Positions 13,931 to 27,282 of a DNA stretch of 64,000 bases are shown piece by piece. Under the pieces are notes generated by a model. That model had not been told where the DNA came from and made no database searches. It saw nothing but the letters and a program-made list of their open reading frames with translations. This stretch comes from Marsupella aquatica. Taxonomy: Eukaryota; Plantae; Marchantiophyta. A program made the translations under genes and the position numbers. The stretch is from positions 22,913,844-22,977,843 of the forward strand of contig OZ316893.1 of NCBI GenBank assembly GCA_973895155.1. Direction: 5' to 3'. Positions within the stretch are counted from its first letter, which is position 1. Every line of letters starts with the position of its first letter.

Positions 13931-14225
13931 CTCGGGGGTCTCATTATATGGATGCCTCCCCATCATCTGTGACGTTTTTAGGCCTTGGACCCCCTAAAAT
14001 ATAATTTTTAAAAATTTTATTGACCGTTATAAAGTTGGAATATTCTTAGAATATTTCAAAAATTTGGTTATAAGGACCCTAATGTTCTTATAAGTCCCAA
14101 AATTGGATTTAAAAGGCCTTATTGTTCTACTCAGAAGATTCTTAAGTCTTCCCTTCGAACCAATCAAATGATCCTATACTTCGTCGCATGTGATATGCCA
14201 TTTTTGTGAAAGTGAAACCCCCAAG
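13931..14225 (+). mobile_element. ~295-bp MITE with 8-bp TSD (hAT-like), copy 1
   Basis: Ends CTCGGGGGTCTCA ... TGAAACCCCCAAG; TSD tgtacgat on both sides. Confidence 0.9.
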
Positions 14226-15208
14226 TGTACGATCATGTACGACATTGCATTTGGATAGTTTTCATTGGTCTTCCTCTGGTTCTATGTTTTTTTTCAATTT
14301 CCTCTCCTTGTGTATTTTTTTCATTTTCTTCTAGTTGTGTATTTTTTATTCATTGTCTTAAGGTGTGTGTTTTTTCATTTTTTTTGTGTGTACGATCATG
14401 TACGGTGGTGTAGAAAAAAACACACAGCAACATATTGGACGCTTGGTACAATATGTTGCCACATGTTTTTCCACCATATTTTTTTTGCGTGCAACTTTTT
14501 TATTGTAATTCTTGAGGGATGTTTTTTAATTAATTCTCAAGTCTAGAATATTTTCTCAAGTGCTAACTTTTTGTATAGAAGTACAGGGAAGATTTGTTTT
14601 GCTACCTGGTTCTAAAGTGTGAACTTTTTGTTGCATATGACTCGGGGTGTGCAATTTTGGGTCATAAATCATGTTCAATTTTTTTTTACAAAAAGTACAA
14701 AATTGGTGAAAAAAAACACAAAACATGGGAAAATGCACAAACAAAAAACCCGTCAACATATTGTACACGGTAGCAGAACAATCATCAGTCTAGTATTTGT
14801 GCTTAGAGTGTACTCATTGGGATATCTGATCAGGCATCTGATCGAAGTAAATTTGATGTACCTCGCCATTATGGCTAAAATGTCTATAGCATCCTATGTC
14901 TAGAGTCTACGCATTGGGACTTCTGATCGGATACATTTTCACCCTTTTGAACATAGTAAGAATGTTGATACATTTTGTTGTAGAGTGTTCCACAAAATTC
15001 AAGAATCAGAGCTTCAGGCTGACACAGTATCTGGCTTGCACAAAACGGGCAGACCTTTGATCTATCCAAGAAGAGAATTTTTGACCAGATTCTTATCTTT
15101 TCAGTTACTTTGGATCACCTCAACGCAATGTCAGCTTCTGTTGGATCGACCCGGAGACATGCTCGCCTTGCTGGTGCTAGAATGCTATTACAACAAGAAC
15201 ATATTAAA

Positions 15209-18200
15209 CACAGTGACGGACCAAATGAGAAGTGTGACCACACTTCTCGTTTTGCCCGCGGCGGAAAATTTTTCTAAGGCAAAAAAGTCTTGGGTACGGA
15301 ATTAGGATTCCCCCTAAAAACTAGTTTTCAGATTTTAAAAAATGGGAAAAATCGACACGAATACGAAGATGGGATACGGCGTATCCCATTTCGGATCCAA
15401 CCGCGGAATTCCAAAAAAATAAAACTAACGCAGTAAAAGTGCCGATATCGGTTTACCCTGTAAGAATATTCCCAAACAATTCTTATCAACGGTAATATTT
15501 AATCGACTGCGATGCAACTGCAGTCAAAAACTAACCACGGTCAGGGAGAAAACTATAAATAGGAGATCTCCGATTGAAAATTTTCCGCTCATTTTTTCTC
15601 GCTCTGCATCCTCTTCCTCTTGTCGAATGCACACCATCTATACAAATTTGTATTCCTTGAAAATCAGATTTGACTAATAGGTGATAATCTTTATGGAAAT
15701 GGCGAGGACGAATCCCAAATGGGATACGGTGTATCCCGTTTGGGATTCAACCTTCAAATGTCAAGTTTTTGTATCTCTTTAGCCAAAAAAGGAGGTTGAA
15801 TGCGAAGTAGGATACGGGGTATCCCATATCGCATCCAACCTCCGAATATGAAGCATCTTAGTTTCCAAATGTCAAAATCTCAACGTTGAATGCGAAATGG
15901 GATACGGCGTATCCCATTTGGGATTCAACCTTCAAATGTCCAATTTTTGTTTCTCTATAGCTAAAAAAGGAAGTTGGATGCGAAGTGGGATACGGGGTAT
16001 CCCATATCGGATCCAACCTCCAAATATGAAGCATCTTAGTTTGCAAATGTCAAAACCTCAATGTTGAATGCAAAATGAGATACCTCGTATCCCAATTAGG
16101 ATTCCACCTGCAAATCACGTGTAACATAGTGACGGACCAAACAAGAAGTGTGGTCACACTTCTTGTTTTGCCCGCGGCGGAAAAAAATTCTAAGGCAAAA
16201 ACGTACTGGATATGGAATTGGTATTCCCTCTAAAAACCCAGATTTTAGATTTTAAAAACGAGAAAAAACAACTTGAATCCGAAGCTGGGATACGGCGTAT
16301 CCCATTTTGGATCCCACCGCGGTTTTCCAAAAAGAAAAAACAACAAACGCAGTAAAAGGGGCAAGGTCATTTTACCCATCAAGAATATTCCTAGAAAATT
16401 CTTTTTAACGGTAACTTTTAACAGACTACGATGAAACTGCAGTTAGAAATTGACCACGGTCAAGGGCAAACTATAAATAGGAAAGCCATGATCAAATATT
16501 TCTGCTCATTTCTTCTCACTCCCGCATCCTCTTGCGCCCCCGAGAATCCACACTCTCTATGCAAATTTATATCCCCCCAAATCAAACTAGAATCTGAACA
16601 AGTGAGAATGATATATCTTTTTGGAAATGATGAGGACGAATCCCAAATGGGATACCATTTGGGATTCAATCTTCAAAAATCCAGTTTGGGTATCTTAAAC
16701 GTGAAAAAATGAGATTGGATGCAAAGTGGGATACCCTGTATCCCACTTTGCATTCAACCTCTGAATATGAAGCATTTAGGTGCAAAATGCAAGAAATTCA
16801 AGGTTGAATGCAAAATGGGATACCGCGTATCCCATTTCAGATTCAACCGATGAATCACATGCATTTTAGAATCAAAAGATAGAAAAATCAATGTTGAATG
16901 CAAAGTGGGATACCAAGTATCCCATTTGGTATTCAACCTCTGAATATCTCACGTTAGGTCTGAAAGGCAGAGGTTGAATGTGAAGTGGGATACTGGGTAT
17001 CTCACAATAAACACAGTGATGAACCAAATGAGGAATGGGAATCCACAAGCCGTAAGTTTAGGAGTTGCATACGAAATGGGATACCACGTATCCTACTTTG
17101 GATTCAATCCAAGGATATGAGGCTTTTGGAATGCACAAGCCATAAATTGAGAAATTCAATCCAAAACTAGTGAATACCGGGTCATTCTTAACTTTGAGCC
17201 CCTAAGCTTTCAATTGTTCTTTCAAAGTCAAATCCAAAGACCCTATCTAGCTGCCTGAGAATCTTGAAATGATCCAAATTCATACTTAACATCTTCATCA
17301 CTAGTTGTGACAAGAATTGATATGAAAACAATGAAAGATGGACTAAGATATGATAAGATTAAGTTCTGGGGTGAAATTATAAAATTACAAAAACTTAAGT
17401 TTGTACCCTCTCACGCTTTGGAAGCCATATCTTTATCGGTATTTATCCAAATTCCTTATAATTGATACCGTTAGAAAGAAGAGCTTGAGATTTTTCAGCC
17501 GCTTTACTCGGCGTTGCAAAAATAGAAAAAGAGAAAAATCTGAAATCAGGCAAAATCTCGCGAAAAAATCAGATTGCATTGTAAAAAGATCACAAATGAT
17601 CAAAACTTCAAGAGGAATACCAAGTGGGATACCAAGTATCCCATGTAGTATTCAAACATGTTATTTCACAAATCTAGAAAGGAAAAAGTCATAAAACCTT
17701 GTATGAATACCAAGTGGGATCCATGGATCCCACATTTGGTATAAGAACATGTTGTTTTATCCCATTTGGTATAAGAACATGTTATTTTACAAATCAAGAA
17801 CTTTACAAAGAGTGATAAGAATTTTACAAAGACCAAATGAAATCCAATTTGGTATTCAAATGTGAAAATGGATGAGTGACTTGTGACCGAGGGCCAATCC
17901 GGAACTTTGAATCTGAGGTGGGATCCACAAACCCACTTGGTATTTGCCTCCATTTTTAGGTAGGTCTGTTGATTGGTCCTACATATTTTGAAAGAGTAAA
18001 AAATGGATGTGATTGGGGTTGTGCTGAGCAAGGAAAAATCCAAAATTGTTTTGGAGTTGAATCAACAAATGGGACTCATGGATCCGTGTCGGTATGGATC
18101 TGTGTCGGTATGGATCTGTGTCGGTATTCAAACCTCAATATTGAGGTGCGAGGTGTGGCAAGGGCAAATTTTGGCGGGTGAATACCAAATGGGATCCGTG

Positions 18201-19289
18201 GATCCGTGTTGGTATTCAAACCTCAATATCAAGGTGCAAGGTGCGGCAAGGGCAAATTTTGGCAGGCGAATACCAAATGGGATCCATGGTTCATCCTTGG
18301 TTTTGAGTGAGTTATTTTGGACTTGTTTAGAAAAATGGGATACGTGGATCCCTATTGGCATTCCCTGATTGGTCCGTACAAGGGTTTTTTTAAAGTGAGT
18401 CTATCTTTTCAAGGAACGCTGAAATTTAAATTGTAGATCTTCGAGGAAGTCGCCGTGGATCCCAGTTGGTCTTCAAACTAGAATATCAAGGTATGCAATG
18501 CAAAAAGTTCAAAATGTAGAGGTTGAATACTAGATGAGATCCATGGATCCCATTTGGTATTCATCCTCCTGTTTTCCCGATGAGTTTTTGGACTTGCAAA
18601 AAAAAATGGGATCCATGGATCTCAGTTGGTATTCATGTCGAAAGATCTCCTGATGCAAAGTTGCAGGTGGAAAACATTGAGGTTGAATACGAGAGTGGAT
18701 ACTTGGATCCCGTCTCGTATTCATCATGCGTTATGGGCTAAAATATTTCCAAAGATATCGTCGGGTTAACTTAACTAACTGTGTGGGTCAACTGTAGTCC
18801 GCGGTCAGTTTTTTGCAGTTTTTGGTTTTACCGCAGTTAAAAATTCAAATATTTTAAACCCGAGGTTAAATGGAAGCGTCAAGAGAATGATTTGGTGCGG
18901 TTTTCGTTCACGTTCAACCGTTGAATCCGAAATGGGATACGCTGTATCCCATTTTCAGTTTGCCATTTTGATTGCAAAAATGAAATCTTGTGTTTTCCTA
19001 GTTTTGTTTGACGCTCGGATTTAGCTTTTAGAAGGATCACGTGAAAAGCATTGTTTTTCTAGGTTTTGGAATTTACTCTTTTTTTAGATGAAGTGTCTCG
19101 GAATTCTGGAATGTAACAATTCTTTGTTTTTGTGTCGATAGTATCTCGATTTGAAATCCGATGTTGGATGCGATTTTGGATTCATCCTCAAAATAGCATT
19201 TTTGATCTTAATTTTAGTGATTTTTTGTCGTTTTTTGCAAAATCAAAAACACACTTCTCGTTTGGTGGTCATACTTCTCGTTTGGTCCG
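15209..19289 (+). mobile_element. Non-autonomous TIR DNA element with CACAGTG ends and internal hairpin arrays (left-arm copy; last 8 nt of right TIR missing)
   Basis: Starts CACAGTGACGGACCAAATGAGAAGTGTGACCAC and ends GTGGTCATACTTCTCGTTTGGTCCG. Many ~40-bp palindromes with GGGATAC..GTATCCC or GGGATCC..GGATCCC cores; no transposase ORF. Confidence 0.75.
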
Positions 19290-22200
19290 ATAGTGTGTTT
19301 ATGGCCTCCCCGACATGTTCTAGTGGAGGATCCGGTACCTCGGCTTCATTACTGGTTGTCCCGGCCTCGGCCTTGCCATCCCCACTTCCTAGGACTGGTG
19401 GATCCACCGCCGTGTCGATGCCGGAGGTTGGTGCCGGGTTTACCTTCTCGGTCACAACGACTTGAGAAGCTGTATAACTCCCAGACCCAGAAGGTTTTCG
19501 CTTCTTCTTCTTCCCTATTTCGACAGCTGGTTCCTTCTCCTTGCCACTTACCTCCGGCACCAAGGTGAGTGTCTCGACTTATCCTGCGGCCAGTACTACC
19601 CCTGGCAACTGGGTTGCCCCAATTGGAGTTGGACCTGATGAAGCCAAGCATTTAAATACTACGGCTTGTTTCTTCAGCCGCTCTGTTTGGTTGTCGGCCC
19701 GCCGCTGTAGGTTCTCCATCTTCCTCGTGATTTCCTCCAACTCCTCCTCGGTCTCGTCCAGGTCCTTGCACGCCTCCTCCAGCTCCACTTTGGCTTCCTC
19801 CAATTCTTTCTGGGCTTCCTCCAATTCCTTCTTTAAGGTAGCCCTCTCCTCCTGGGTTTCTCTTAGCTCCTTGTCGAGCTCCGTTACGACCTCAGACTCC
19901 ATCTTATTCATCTTGGCATAAGTCTGGTCGAGCTGGTTGTCTTTCTCCCGCATGTCGGCCTTGAAGCTGACCGTCAGGGATGTAAGCTCCTGCTGCAGCG
20001 CAATAATCCCTTGATAGGATTTCCCTAACTCGGCCTCCTTCTGTCCTAGGGCTCCGCGGATATCCTCGAGTTCCCCCTTCAACGCCCTCTCCCTTCTCTA
20101 AGTCTCCGCCATGGCCCGGTTGTTGGATGCTATGTGGGCCTCCTCTGCGTCTCTCAGCTCTCGCTTCCACTTCTCCCTCTCTTTGACCGCCTCGGCCAAC
20201 TCTCCTTGGGTCCGAGTCAGTTTATCTTTGATAATGTGATTGTCAGACTGCGCGGTATCCAACTGCCCCTGCATGATGTTTAGCTCATGCCGCTTGATCC
20301 GTAGCTCATCTTGGGCTTTCTTGGCCGTCTTCAGGTCTTCCACCTCGGCTTCCATCTCCCTAAGCCGCCGGATGACCTCGTCCTTCTTGCTTCTCTCCAA
20401 AGCCACCGCCTCTTCTAATCGGCACTTCTCCAACATCTCCCTCTGGAAAAAGGGTCCCTGATCCAACTCCTCCCCAAAGATGCTGAGCGCAAGTTCCCCA
20501 CACATTTCTCCGTACTCCATGGCTCTATCTTTAGCATAGGTGGAGTAAGTCGAAGTCATCGGCATCAACCACCGCGGCCTCTGTTCCCAAACCGTCTTGC
20601 GGATCTCTTCTATGGTGGCAAGAGGGTTGCTTCTTCTTTTGGCCAGCCGCCTGATGTCCTCCAGCCAATCTCCTCCTGGCAAATCTTTTTCCCTAGCCAG
20701 GGCTGCCTTCTCTTCCTCCCTAAGTCGCTCCTCAAACTCTTGTGCGGTCTGCTTTATGCCGTCAAAGCTTGGGGAAGCGACATCTGGTGGGGGAGACTCG
20801 GGGCTACTCTGCTGGGTGGGGTCCCCTCGAACTACTCTTGGAATCGTGGGCATAAACCGGCCACAGGTCCTTACTCCTGGAACATGATGATCCGACCCAT
20901 AGCCGGAGTTATCATGGCTGTAGTCCTCCACCACCTCCTCCACTGCTTGGACTCCCGGGTTCCCCCTCTCTTCTCCGCGGGTAGGAGCCTTAGGCTGTTC
21001 TGCCTCAGATTCAGAGCTTGAGGCTCCCACATACATTCGAACTCCCGGCTCGTGTTCCGGCCTCCTCCTCTCCTTGGCTCTGGTAAAGGGGTTTTCCTTC
21101 ATGAGTCGTCTTAGGCCTACCTCTGGGGCAGCGTCATGTACCGGTGGTGTTGCCATTGCCGGTGCTGGTGCCATTTGCTTTTCCTTCTCTAGCAATTTCA
21201 GCAGATTCTGCATGCCTGGTTGCTGCATCGGCAAGTCTTCTTTTCTTGGCCTAAACACCTGTTCAATTGTAGGACTAGCAAGCTGGTTGGGCTTCTCTGC
21301 TACTGGCCTCTGTTCCGGAACTTCCTCTGGTGCCCTTACCTGTAGGGGAAGTACTGGGGCAAAGGTCTGACCTCTTGCATACCGGCATAACAGCGGCATA
21401 TGATAGCCAAGCTGGGACACGCTTCCCATGCCGATCACCTGTTGTTCCTCCTTCAAGATCTTCTTCAGTTGGTTGAGGAGGTACCCGTTGTAGTCCCGGC
21501 TTGGGTCTGGCCTCTCTACCAGGTAGACCTGTGCCTTGCCGATCTCTGCTCTCGGCAAGTTGCAATGCATGGTCACCCGCAAGAAATCGATCATCTCCCC
21601 AATGTGTGGGTTGGTGCAGGTGTTCTGGAAGAAGCCATTCTTCATTGATGGCCCTGGGAACGACCGGAACTCCTTGTCCGACAAGGTCTTCCTGGTATCG
21701 ACCTTGGTTTTATTGCCCATCGGCAAGCCAAACACTTCGGCGATCAACCGGGGAGTGAGATAGAAATCCTTCCCATAGACCCTCGTGGAATTGGTCTCGG
21801 GCTCCCATGATCCCACGAATTCTAATAAGTCTGAGTCCGGCACCTCCGGCTTCAGCCATGGTAATTTTACGAAGGCTTCCAAGCCGGATCCGGCCTTGAA
21901 GCCCTGGTACTTCTTGGTCTACATGGCCGTAAAGCATGCATCCTCCTCGCGTGCAAAATGTAGTTGCACTTCCTCTGGTAGGGTCGCCGCCCAACCTTTC
22001 CAGGTGTCATCCTTGGTTGGAATGACATTGATGGGGTCGACCTCCTCCTCTTCGGCTTCTGCTTGCCTCCTGTTCTGCTGCTCTGCTGGCTTCCTTGGTG
22101 CCGTCGACCTTGTTCTTTTTGTCGGGGTGGCCTCTTTGTTGTTTCCTTTCCTCTTCATTTCGGCTGCCCTGGATGTTTCACCTAGCATGGTTGCCTTGGT

Positions 22201-22400
22201 CCACCTCTCTATGCTACCCTTCAACTCCCAGTGTATGTCGTTGCAGCTCTTGATGGCTTCCCGGATGCCGATGATTCTGTTTTCGCAAAACAGAAGGTCG
22301 TCGAGCTAATTGGCAGTAGGAGTCCACAAGAACTCGGCCTTGATGAGTTCTCCTCCTAAGAAGGCAGATTTCTATAGCTCCCATAGTCGAGTGAGCTCCT
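19290..22400 (-). pseudogene. Long retroelement-associated extra ORF (plant-mobile-domain-like N-part plus coiled coil), broken by in-frame stops
   Basis: ORFs 21919-22224, 20098-21882, 19579-20082 and 19243-19563 share one frame, separated by single TAG/TAA codons. FVGSW...RVYGKDFYLTPRLIAEVFGLP resembles FVKNY...RLRGRNISLTEERLKMIFGLP at 52501. The natural end appears to lie at 45494 after undoing the inversion. Confidence 0.7.
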
Positions 22401-25400
22401 GCCATACTCGAGCTGCTCTTTCTGATTCTTGGTCCTCGTAGGTCCCAATGTACTCAGTTGCCCGTTCGAACAGGCATCCCCAAAAATGTGCCGCTTGATT
22501 GACGTTGCTCATATCCTCCTTACGTCAATCGTCTGTATCTACTCCCGCCCAGAGTGCTTGCCTAAGCAGCTGACAGTAGTTGGCCTCCCGTAGTTGTCTA
22601 CCCAGTTCATGCTTGCAAATGAGCCACCATTCCTCGTGAGCGGTCCTTACCCCTCTCCCTGCCTGGTCTTCCCTCCCGTTGGTTACCCCTAGCCGCCGAC
22701 ACTTAGCGTGCCCTAACCCTAATCGTGTTCTCTCCCCCTGCGTCCTGACTTCCGGCCTCGGCCCGGGTTCCATAGTCACCCTTAATTTTTTATACTTTCC
22801 TTGTTTTGTTACTATCCTAATGTGTTTCCAGGGTACACTCCCGTTTTTACCTTTGGCTGGCCTAGTGATTCCTGGCTAGGCATCACAAGATTACATTGAA
22901 AGATCAGATGCAAACTCTGCTGTGCGGACTGTGCAATCGGAAGTTTGTTTCGTGTCGATTGAGTTGGCGACGGCTCGTGGAAATCGTTTGAAGCTGTTGC
23001 GTGGATCCGTGGTAGCTTGGATCATACTGAATAGATTGTTAGTATTTTGATCTGCTGTCGTTTGTATCTCATTGCCGGGCTGTTTTGAGAAGAGAGATCA
23101 CAGATCGTTGAAGATCTTGCCAGATTTGCAAGGAGACAGAGTGTCGATCTGGGATGTGCTGCCATTTGACAGACAGTATGCTGCTATTTGCATTTGTCTG
23201 TAGTAGATCAGGCTTGTTGAGGTGTGGATGTTGATAGATCGGGCCTACATCGTCATCGTATGTTCTTCTGTTTGGCCGATCTGCTATTTTCGCAAGAGAA
23301 ACAGCCGCGGATGTTGCTGAATCGCGCAATGACACCGCCTGTGTAGCATTTTGCAGAACTTGCATGTCAACCTCTGCGTTTTGTTGAAGAAACAGAACTT
23401 TGAATGTTGTTGTTTTGGTAGCGGATGACTGTGCGGAGGCGGGCTGCTGCTGATCAGTAGCGCGGAAGCATCGCTTGCGTGTTTGCAAAGGGAAACGTCT
23501 CAGGAATGTTGCCCATTTCAGACGGGTGGATCGCGGATTCGTCGGCGCCGTCCACGAAGGAAACTCAAGGCCGAAGTCTGAATGTTGCCGAATCCGGAAC
23601 TCGATTCTGCATAGCAAAGCGTTGTAGGCGTGAAGGGCTCACTCTTTGGCTCATCTCGGCGTTGGCATGAAGGGCTCACTCTTTGGCTCATCTTGGCGTT
23701 TAAAGGCTTTGAGGCAACTCGTGGTTACTCGGGACGAGGGGCGTGAGGGCGGAGCGGGCCAGCAAGCCAGCTTGCTGGTACGTGAGGAGAATTGCAAGTG
23801 CTGCCATTTTGGAGTGGCAGATTTGGTGCATAACTACAAGTGAGAGGTCACCCATCCCAAAGCTATTTCCTTCCCCACGCGCTTAACTATGTGGTTCTTA
23901 AGTGCTCTTGTGTACACACACTCCTTTCCACTTTGATGTTAATGGGATGAGCACTTAGGCATTTTATACACATACTAGTTTGTTTAGATTGCCATTTTGG
24001 GGCAAATCATAAGCTCCCTTAAGGTTTTTGATGCTTCTGAATCCATCTAGATGCATGGATTGAACCAATTGTGCATGGATCCTTAGCTACAACATTGAAC
24101 ATTGAGAGGCCTATTATGAAGGCCCCACATTGAACATTATGAACATTGTTTGATTGATGTATGATCACTATTGATGTGGAGAGTTATTGTGGATCTCTTC
24201 TTGTTGATTGGATCCTCTCCACATATGCTTCCTATTTATGCGCCATGTTAGTTTGGCGTGGGCGCTTGATTCTATAGGAGTGATCCGGGTTTGCAACCGG
24301 ACATTCTAGTTGTGCTACGTATTTCTCTCCTGGTGATGTTGGAGTGATGCCCAACACACCATGGTGAGTGCTTGTGTTGCTGACAGGAACAGATTGCCCT
24401 TAGGGTTAGCATATAGATTAGGTTAGGTTGGTCACCACAGATTCTTCTGGTGCTGCTGGGTTACCCGATGGACGATGGACCGGTTTCACTCGGAGTGGGG
24501 CGCAGTTTTGGCCAGCGACATTGGTAGCAGTCAGTAGCACAGCTTCAGACAGTGATTCTGATGAGGACTCTGTGAGCAGTTCTCCTCGTCATCAGGTGAT
24601 TGCACCTTTGTTGTGGGATATGGAAGAGATGTACGGGGCTACAAAGGGCCCATGACGATACTCTGGTGCAGTTGGCATGATTGATCTGGATGACTTCATC
24701 CAGGAGTTTGATACGTGGTGCGATATGCAGACATTGCGTAATGCCACATTGTTTACCCCTTTCATAGCATGGAAGGGATTATTTCAGCATTTATAGGGGC
24801 CACCCATGGATGACTACCATGAGTTTTGGAAGGCTCATTTGGTTGAGATTGAGACATGGAGGCAGCATTGGTCACCTAATTACGTGTCCATTACCTATGG
24901 CACTAGTGCGGCTGCCCAACCCATTGCCACAGCTGCTGTTTCTTCTAGCAGCACTAGCCAGAGTGGCACCATCCACCACCAGCACTCCAGCAACATCCAC
25001 CGCCACTCCTGCCGGTGTGATTGTGATAGGGACTGGAGTTGCACCAGCATTTAATCCTATGGTGGAATTCTTTGAGGTACTGAAGCAGAACTATTAGGGT
25101 GTGAGAACTGATAAGTTGAAGGGTCTCTAGGAGTTTCAGCGCAAGACTAGAGAGAGTCTACGTGAGGCATACACTCGTATGCACAGGTTGATCACTGTCA
25201 CCAAGGGAGTGACAGAGGCTCAGGCAGTCTAGTTTTGGTATGCAATTCTGGACAGAGAATTGCGACGCAGAGTGAGAGATGTCACTCTACTTAGGGATGC
25301 AAATCCCACATTAGCACTTGTTTTTACCCTTTCTGTGCGCATTGAGCTCAATATGGTGAATGAGAAGGTGGTGACTTCCGGATTTGCCAAGGAAGCACCA

Positions 25401-27282
25401 AAGGCTGCATCTACATCCACACCACAGCCTACTGCATGAAAGAGCCAGAGGGAGAAGCCTACTGCACGAGAGTTTACCATCCAGAGACCTGTGCCCTCTT
25501 ATGCTGGACAGCAGTCAGGATGTTGGACCTGTGGTGGGGATCATGCATAGAGATATTTCCCAGATCATAGAGGATCAGGGGGAGCATCGGCACCTGATCA
25601 GTAACAGTGGGATCACTGTGGAGCTCCTAGACACACCAAGGATAGGTGTTTCTCACTCCATCCTGAGTTACGGAGAGGAGGATCCCGTACACATGATCAA
25701 GGAAGAGGAGGAGGAGGTAGAGGTGGTGGACGTGGTCGTGGCATGCCACATGCAGGGAGACAGGGAGATGACGCTGCCCCTGCTGTAACCATAGATCCAA
25801 AGGATGCTAAGATTGCTCAATTGGAGCAACAACTAGCTGCCATGGCTAGTTCCTAGGTGAGACCTACTTCTGGTGATGGGGCATCTACATCCTATGGACC
25901 TTCCACATCCCATGGTCCTTCCACATCTTATGGAGCTAATGGAGACCTTGCCACCATGGGATTCATGTGTGGCACTACACATATTGATGCATCAGCAGCT
26001 TTGACACGTGGCCCGGTAGCCAAAGCTCTTGAGCCCCGAGGAGCAGTAGTGGAGCTAGATCCACAGAGGGGGGATGCACGTCGGCAGACAAAGCTTCCTC
26101 AGTCTTTTACATTGTCAGAGATAGTCTAGACTGCCTCTATGAACTCGATTTGGACAAACCCTGGCGTGGGTAAGTTGGCAAAATCAGGTAGTGATGCAGT
26201 AGGGATGACAGGTACCCTGCTGGGGGTGGCTACTGCCATAGTACGCACCCCATTATTTTTAGCGACAGACATGCTACACTTGGGAGTTGGTCCTACAAAA
26301 GTGTTCAGATTGGCAGCTACACTCTATGAGGACACTCCAGTGGTTGCTTCCCATGCAGAAGCAGCTTGCAGTGTTGAAGCAGTAAAGACCATGCCACCTA
26401 CTACTACTAGTGAGATATGGCATGCAGTATCAGCGAGGTTGGTGGATTTACTAGCATCCCCTGCATTTGAGAGGACTAGGTTTAATTAAACCTAGTGTTG
26501 TGTCATTGGATAATCGGAGTGGTATCTTTCGATTAGTTGGGCCTTCTGGAACAGTATACCAGCTAGAGAGAGTTACTGGATAATGGTGCTCAGCCCTTGA
26601 TGTTGGGTAAGTCTGCCATACGTGGATTGTGATTGCGTCCAGAGGATTTGGAGGATTGTCCCTTTCTCATTCAGACTTCATTGGGGGGACCTACACCTAC
26701 ACAACACATTACCAGGAGACCTCTTGATTTGAGGATTCAGGAAGGTCATACCATAGATAGCTCACAGATACAGGTGCGAGCTATTTTGACTAAGGAAGAG
26801 TCATATGATGTGTTGGTGGGATGTACAGTGCTCTACCCCATGGGATTTATTCTTGATTTTTGGGAGGAATCAGTGTCATATAGACCTGATTGGCAGTCAG
26901 GAGATGCTCGATTGAGCAAATTACCAGTGAGATTTAGTGGACCTGTGGGAGGCCCTAAATCCACACCATTGTCTTTGGTAGCATTCAGTGGTGTAATTGC
27001 TGGACCTGATGATTTGATTGAGGGTAATGCGCATGCAGCAGATGTTCCACCATTGGAAGAGTCTCATGAGGAGCACATCATGCGGGGATTACCTATTGGC
27101 AGTGTTGTGCCACCAGTGTGGGGCACTGCACAGGCCTTGCCACAGGCAGCAGCACGATTGGTACATGATGCATGGCGTCATGCTTTTACACCATAGTTAG
27201 GAGCAGAGCAGTCTCTTGCAGATGGACCGGTGACTCTTTCACCATGGGATACCACTCCTATTGCTTGGCATATCCACCAGAG

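Larger units (their letters stand above)
11446..19289 (+). repeat. Left arm of a 7.8-kb inverted duplication
   Basis: Reverse complement of 34677-45493 excluding the 38617-41613 insertion. Mirror ORFs are nearly identical (13655+/42966-, 14985+/41632-, 17401+/36244-, 18003+/35600-). Confidence 0.97.

Noticed and set aside
11655-15200. Short hydrophobic ORFs conserved in both arms
   Set aside because: Low-complexity T-rich DNA; the apparent conservation only reflects the recent duplication.
15209-15250. CACAGTG as a true RAG recombination signal
   Set aside because: No ACAAAAACC-like nonamer at 12- or 23-bp spacing and no RAG/Transib-like ORF in the window.
17700-18720. GGATCC-rich hairpins as targets of the nearby beta-class MTase (BamHI-like)
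   Set aside because: The MTase gene lies outside the element's TIRs and its specificity cannot be inferred from sequence; no supporting evidence.
15350-18960. Regular palindromic repeats resembling a CRISPR array or REP elements
   Set aside because: Repeats are degenerate, spacers are homologous to each other and irregular, no cas genes are present, and the array lies inside a eukaryotic TIR element.
23069-23617. 182-aa minus-strand ORF
   Set aside because: No motifs; probably non-coding leader of the DNMT retroelement.
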